A stretch of DNA of 64,000 bases from Yuukianura sp. NJ FZ-2021 (Eukaryota): contig CM102290.1 in the NCBI GenBank assembly GCA_046563655.1, positions 1,922,001 to 1,986,000 of the forward strand. The letters are read 5' to 3'. Position numbers and translations under genes: made by a program. Shown here one piece after another: positions 61,001-64,000 of the stretch. Every line of letters begins with the position of its first letter. The stretch's first letter is position 1. The notes beneath the pieces are model-generated. The model saw nothing but the letters and a program-made list of their open reading frames with translations. It had not been told where the DNA came from and ran no database searches.

Positions 61001-64000
61001 ATTAAAAGTTAAGTAATTTTAATTTAACTTATAACGAGTTGCATTGAAGCGTCATGTTTATTTAGGATAGTCTCATGACTTTGAAGTTATCTCAGATTTT
61101 ATGAAACGTGTGACCTTTAGCCTCGACATTACACGAGATGATTCACACTTCAAAATAGTTTGAAGAAACGTAGATTTTGAACTCGCAGATTCGAAAGTGT
61201 GATTGTTTTAGTCCATGACAGTTTCCAAATGGAGATGTGGATGTGGCATGTGTTTTAATTTCCGTTTTTTGTTTGTTTTTGTACTAGGGATTCGAAGTCC
61301 TTGTGGAGAGAGAATGGTTGGACTTTGGTCACAAATTTGGAGACCGTTGTGGTCAAGGACTTGGATCGGAAGATGGGAACGAAAGATGCCCGGTTTTTCT
61401 CCAGTGGCTGGACTGTCTTCATCAACTTCTGCGCCAATTTCCTACGGCCTTTGAATTTAACATGTCATTTCTTGTAAGTTCGGAACATGCTGAAGAAAGC
61501 TGATGAAAATTTAGAAGAACTTCTAAATTTTCATCAGCGTTCTTTTCTAAAAGAGATCTGATTTTGTGAATTTTGTTTTTGTTTTGTTAGGTGAAGTTGG
61601 TTCAACATACTTATTCCAATCTGTTTGGTACATTCCTCTGTAATACTTCCAAAGAGAGAGAACACCATGGGATTAGCCAAAAAACAGTCTCGGTATGGAG
61701 ATTCCTCCGGGCTCCAAGGAATTATGACAAGTTTCGCAACAGCTTGTATAAATCTTGTGATAAGGTATCCACTTTTGGTTTTGGCGCCATAGGATTCTAT
61801 TAATAGACAGATTATGATCTCAAATAAGACTAAATTCTAATCCATGGACTAACTCTTACAGGTATTATGGCCTTCATGTGAAGTAAGAGACTTAGGACTT
61901 TGGTCACAAGTTTACCTTGGTTACGAAAATCCGCCACCTTCTCTCACAGAAGTTGTCAATCCAAGTCAAGAGAGCTCTCCAGCCCCTTCAGTAGCTGAAG
62001 GGGAGGCCCTGGACGGAAGTTACAAGTCACATGCATCCAAAGGACGATCGTCATCTTATGAAAACTTAACACAGCTTCATCCGTCTAAGGGTCATCAGAG
62101 AAAACTGAGTGACTCAAGGTACTGTTTTTTTAGTATGCTAAAAGCATTTATTGCGTAAGAGTCTGACTATCTAAAGAGAGCATCAAGAGATGACAGATGA
62201 CAATGACTTTATAACATTTTGTTTATATATTTAGCATTTATGGACCTCAGGACAATGACACGGACGGATGTATGAATAGGGATCTCTTAGCCAAAGAGTC
62301 ATGTGATGATGGGACGACTGTTCGTGGTGTCAATTCTGACTGTGACGCAGACTACTCTTCTGGTAGCAACGGAATTTTAGCACAAGGCGACTGTGATAAC
62401 TCAGAAAATGATGAAGACACGGAACCAAACTCGGAAGGTCGTTCTGAATCGACACTCATTTGTGCTCAGAAAATCAAATTGAAGTCAATTGAGAGCTCAA
62501 CGGATACGCTTGTAGCAGAATTGGGATTTGCGGCGGCTGATAGTAAACATTGTTTTATGAATGGAGTAGAACATAAAACGGACACTAAACCGAAATTCAG
62601 TGATGACCAAGGCAGTGCGCCGTATGAAACGGAAGGAGAATCAGAACACAACAGAGGAAGTGAAGATGGGTTGCTGAGTGACGTTGATTTTTCTATGCTC
62701 AGCACTAATCTGAGCAGTTTAGCAGTTGAGACAGGGACAAATCACTTGTTGGATGGACCAACTACAGAAAAACTTATACCTGAAGATGGAGATGATTTGA
62801 ATCACTACAATGGGACGGACAATCTGAATGGACATCAATGCAGTGTCTGTGAACAGAGCAAAGCTGTCCTGCGTCACGTACGTTCCGACAACTTCCAAAT
62901 CATGAATGGATTGGGAAATCCATCTTCTACTTCAAGTGGAATTGGGTCAGGGAGCTTTGTAAACAGTAAGTGAACCAAACAAAACATTTTTCATTGACGT
63001 TTGTTTGTGTTTTGTATGTTCTGAACAAAGAAACTTGTTTAACCTAGGTTTTAATGGCCCTGTGACCAATGGAATATCGTCAACTATGAGCTACCTCTTG
63101 AAAGAGAGGCAGAACTTGGATGTTGACGGACTCACATACTATCATGACGAAGCACAAATTCGTCTTACTGCAATTCTGTCTGAATTCCAAGTAAGTTTGT
63201 TTGGTTAAGTTGGAGCTTAATCAAGAATTCATCTGAAATTGGAACCTACTTCAACTAAAGTTGTTTTTTGTTGTTTATAAAGGTTCAAATTGAAACACTT
63301 CAAAGAGATGTACAGATTTACCGGAATGCGTTGAGGGAACAAGTATGTCATCGCTGTCCACCTTCAATTATTCCTATGACGGATGTACTTGATGACACTG
63401 TACGAAAGAAATTCTAAAAAAAGCTTCTAAATTAAGCAATTCGTCGACAATGTATAACAAGGCGTGATGGTGGTTCAGGTGTCTATGTCATCTGAAGCAG
63501 TTTCTCAGTCTTCTGAGGCTTCCTCTTCCTTTGAAGCAATTGATCATGCCGATACTTATCCTCCGCTCTGGGTCCCTGACTTTGCCGTAACACATTGTAC
63601 TGGCTGTTTTCTCAAATTTTCACTAGGACGTAAGAACTCAACATGAAAACCTCAACTTTAAAATTTTAATTTTCTAAATTTTGTTACTAACCTCAATTTG
63701 TTTTTGTTTTAGGACGCAAACATCATTGTCGAGCCTGTGGTCGCGTATTTTGTTCTGACTGTTCTGAAAATTCTATCGCTCTTCCTCATGAGCAAATCTT
63801 TGTTCCCTCTCGTGTATGTCGTCCTTGCTTTGTCAAAAATCGAACTCCTCAGTCATGTGATGTCGTTACAAATGGAGGTGATGGAGTAAGACATGCGTCT
63901 CCAAATTCATCTACTTCAGCGGTTTCCAGACCAGTTTCTGTACCTTCAGTGCCATACTATAATAACACTCTGCATCAAGTCCCTGGATGTACCAATCTTC
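55077..64000 (+). CDS. MTMR3/4: Myotubularin-related phosphoinositide phosphatase with FYVE domain (MTMR3/MTMR4 orthologue), runs off the window
   Basis: PH-GRAM region, LCSSYP, ANRARGGGCE, catalytic VHCSDGWDRT, PVFLQWLDC, a coiled coil and FYVE (WVPD..C..C..RKHHCRACGRVFC). Confidence 0.95.
55960..56219. mobile_element. MITE family 1 copy (opposite orientation) in an MTMR intron
   Basis: Reverse complement of the 34448/48991 copies; flanks GTTGCTTT/GTTGCATG match 6 of 8. Confidence 0.9.
57211..57365 (+). mobile_element. Shorter HINE-like copy
   Basis: Same subTIRs (CTTTCGCTACTT at 57320), (GTCT)n, and a 3' stem-loop CGGG-TTATG-CCCG. Confidence 0.7.
59129..59200 (+). mobile_element. 5' fragment of a HINE-like element
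   Basis: TTAAGTAACGAAAGCTTCTTTA followed by (GTCT)n(GTCC)n. Confidence 0.55.
59683..60030 (+). mobile_element. DINE-1/HINE-like (Helentron-associated) non-autonomous element
   Basis: Perfect 12-bp subterminal inverted repeat AAGTAGCGAAAG (59685) / CTTTCGCTACTT (59986), a 5' hairpin AAGTAG..CTACTT, a GTCT microsatellite and T-rich flanks. Confidence 0.7.
61499..61538. repeat. Perfect 19-bp inverted repeat with a 2-nt loop in an MTMR intron
   Basis: GCTGATGAAAATTTAGAAG-AA-CTTCTAAATTTTCATCAGC. Confidence 0.95.

Noticed and set aside
1..64000. tRNA, rRNA, autonomous transposase or horizontally transferred bacterial genes
   Set aside because: None recognisable by eye; tRNAscan-SE, Infernal and BLASTx would be needed to exclude them formally.

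Overview
This is AT-rich, intron-containing animal genomic DNA, probably arthropod (inferred from the domino A/B-type splicing and a dumpy-type EGF gene). It contains about 11 protein-coding genes: domino (SRCAP/p400 family, 5'-partial), WASHC4, SURF1, PFDN6, a coiled-coil/PDZ gene, a highly divergent intron-containing histone H2B variant, a divergent MRGBP/Eaf7-like gene, a TAF8-like gene, a ~24-exon secreted EGF/DPY-repeat gene, an SLC35G-type transporter and MTMR3/4 (3'-partial). Introns carry several non-autonomous DNA-transposon families: a P/hAT-type MITE with 8-bp target-site duplications (TSDs), other MITEs and DINE-1/HINE-like elements. The most interesting part is a 4.7-kb block of three adjacent, divergent chromatin genes. 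The H2B variant lacks the K120 ubiquitylation lysine and lies head-to-head with an MRGBP-like gene bearing an H4-tail-like segment, followed by TAF8-like; the block may be a germline-specialised module. All exon structures and family calls come from manual reading and recalled motifs; no database search was run.
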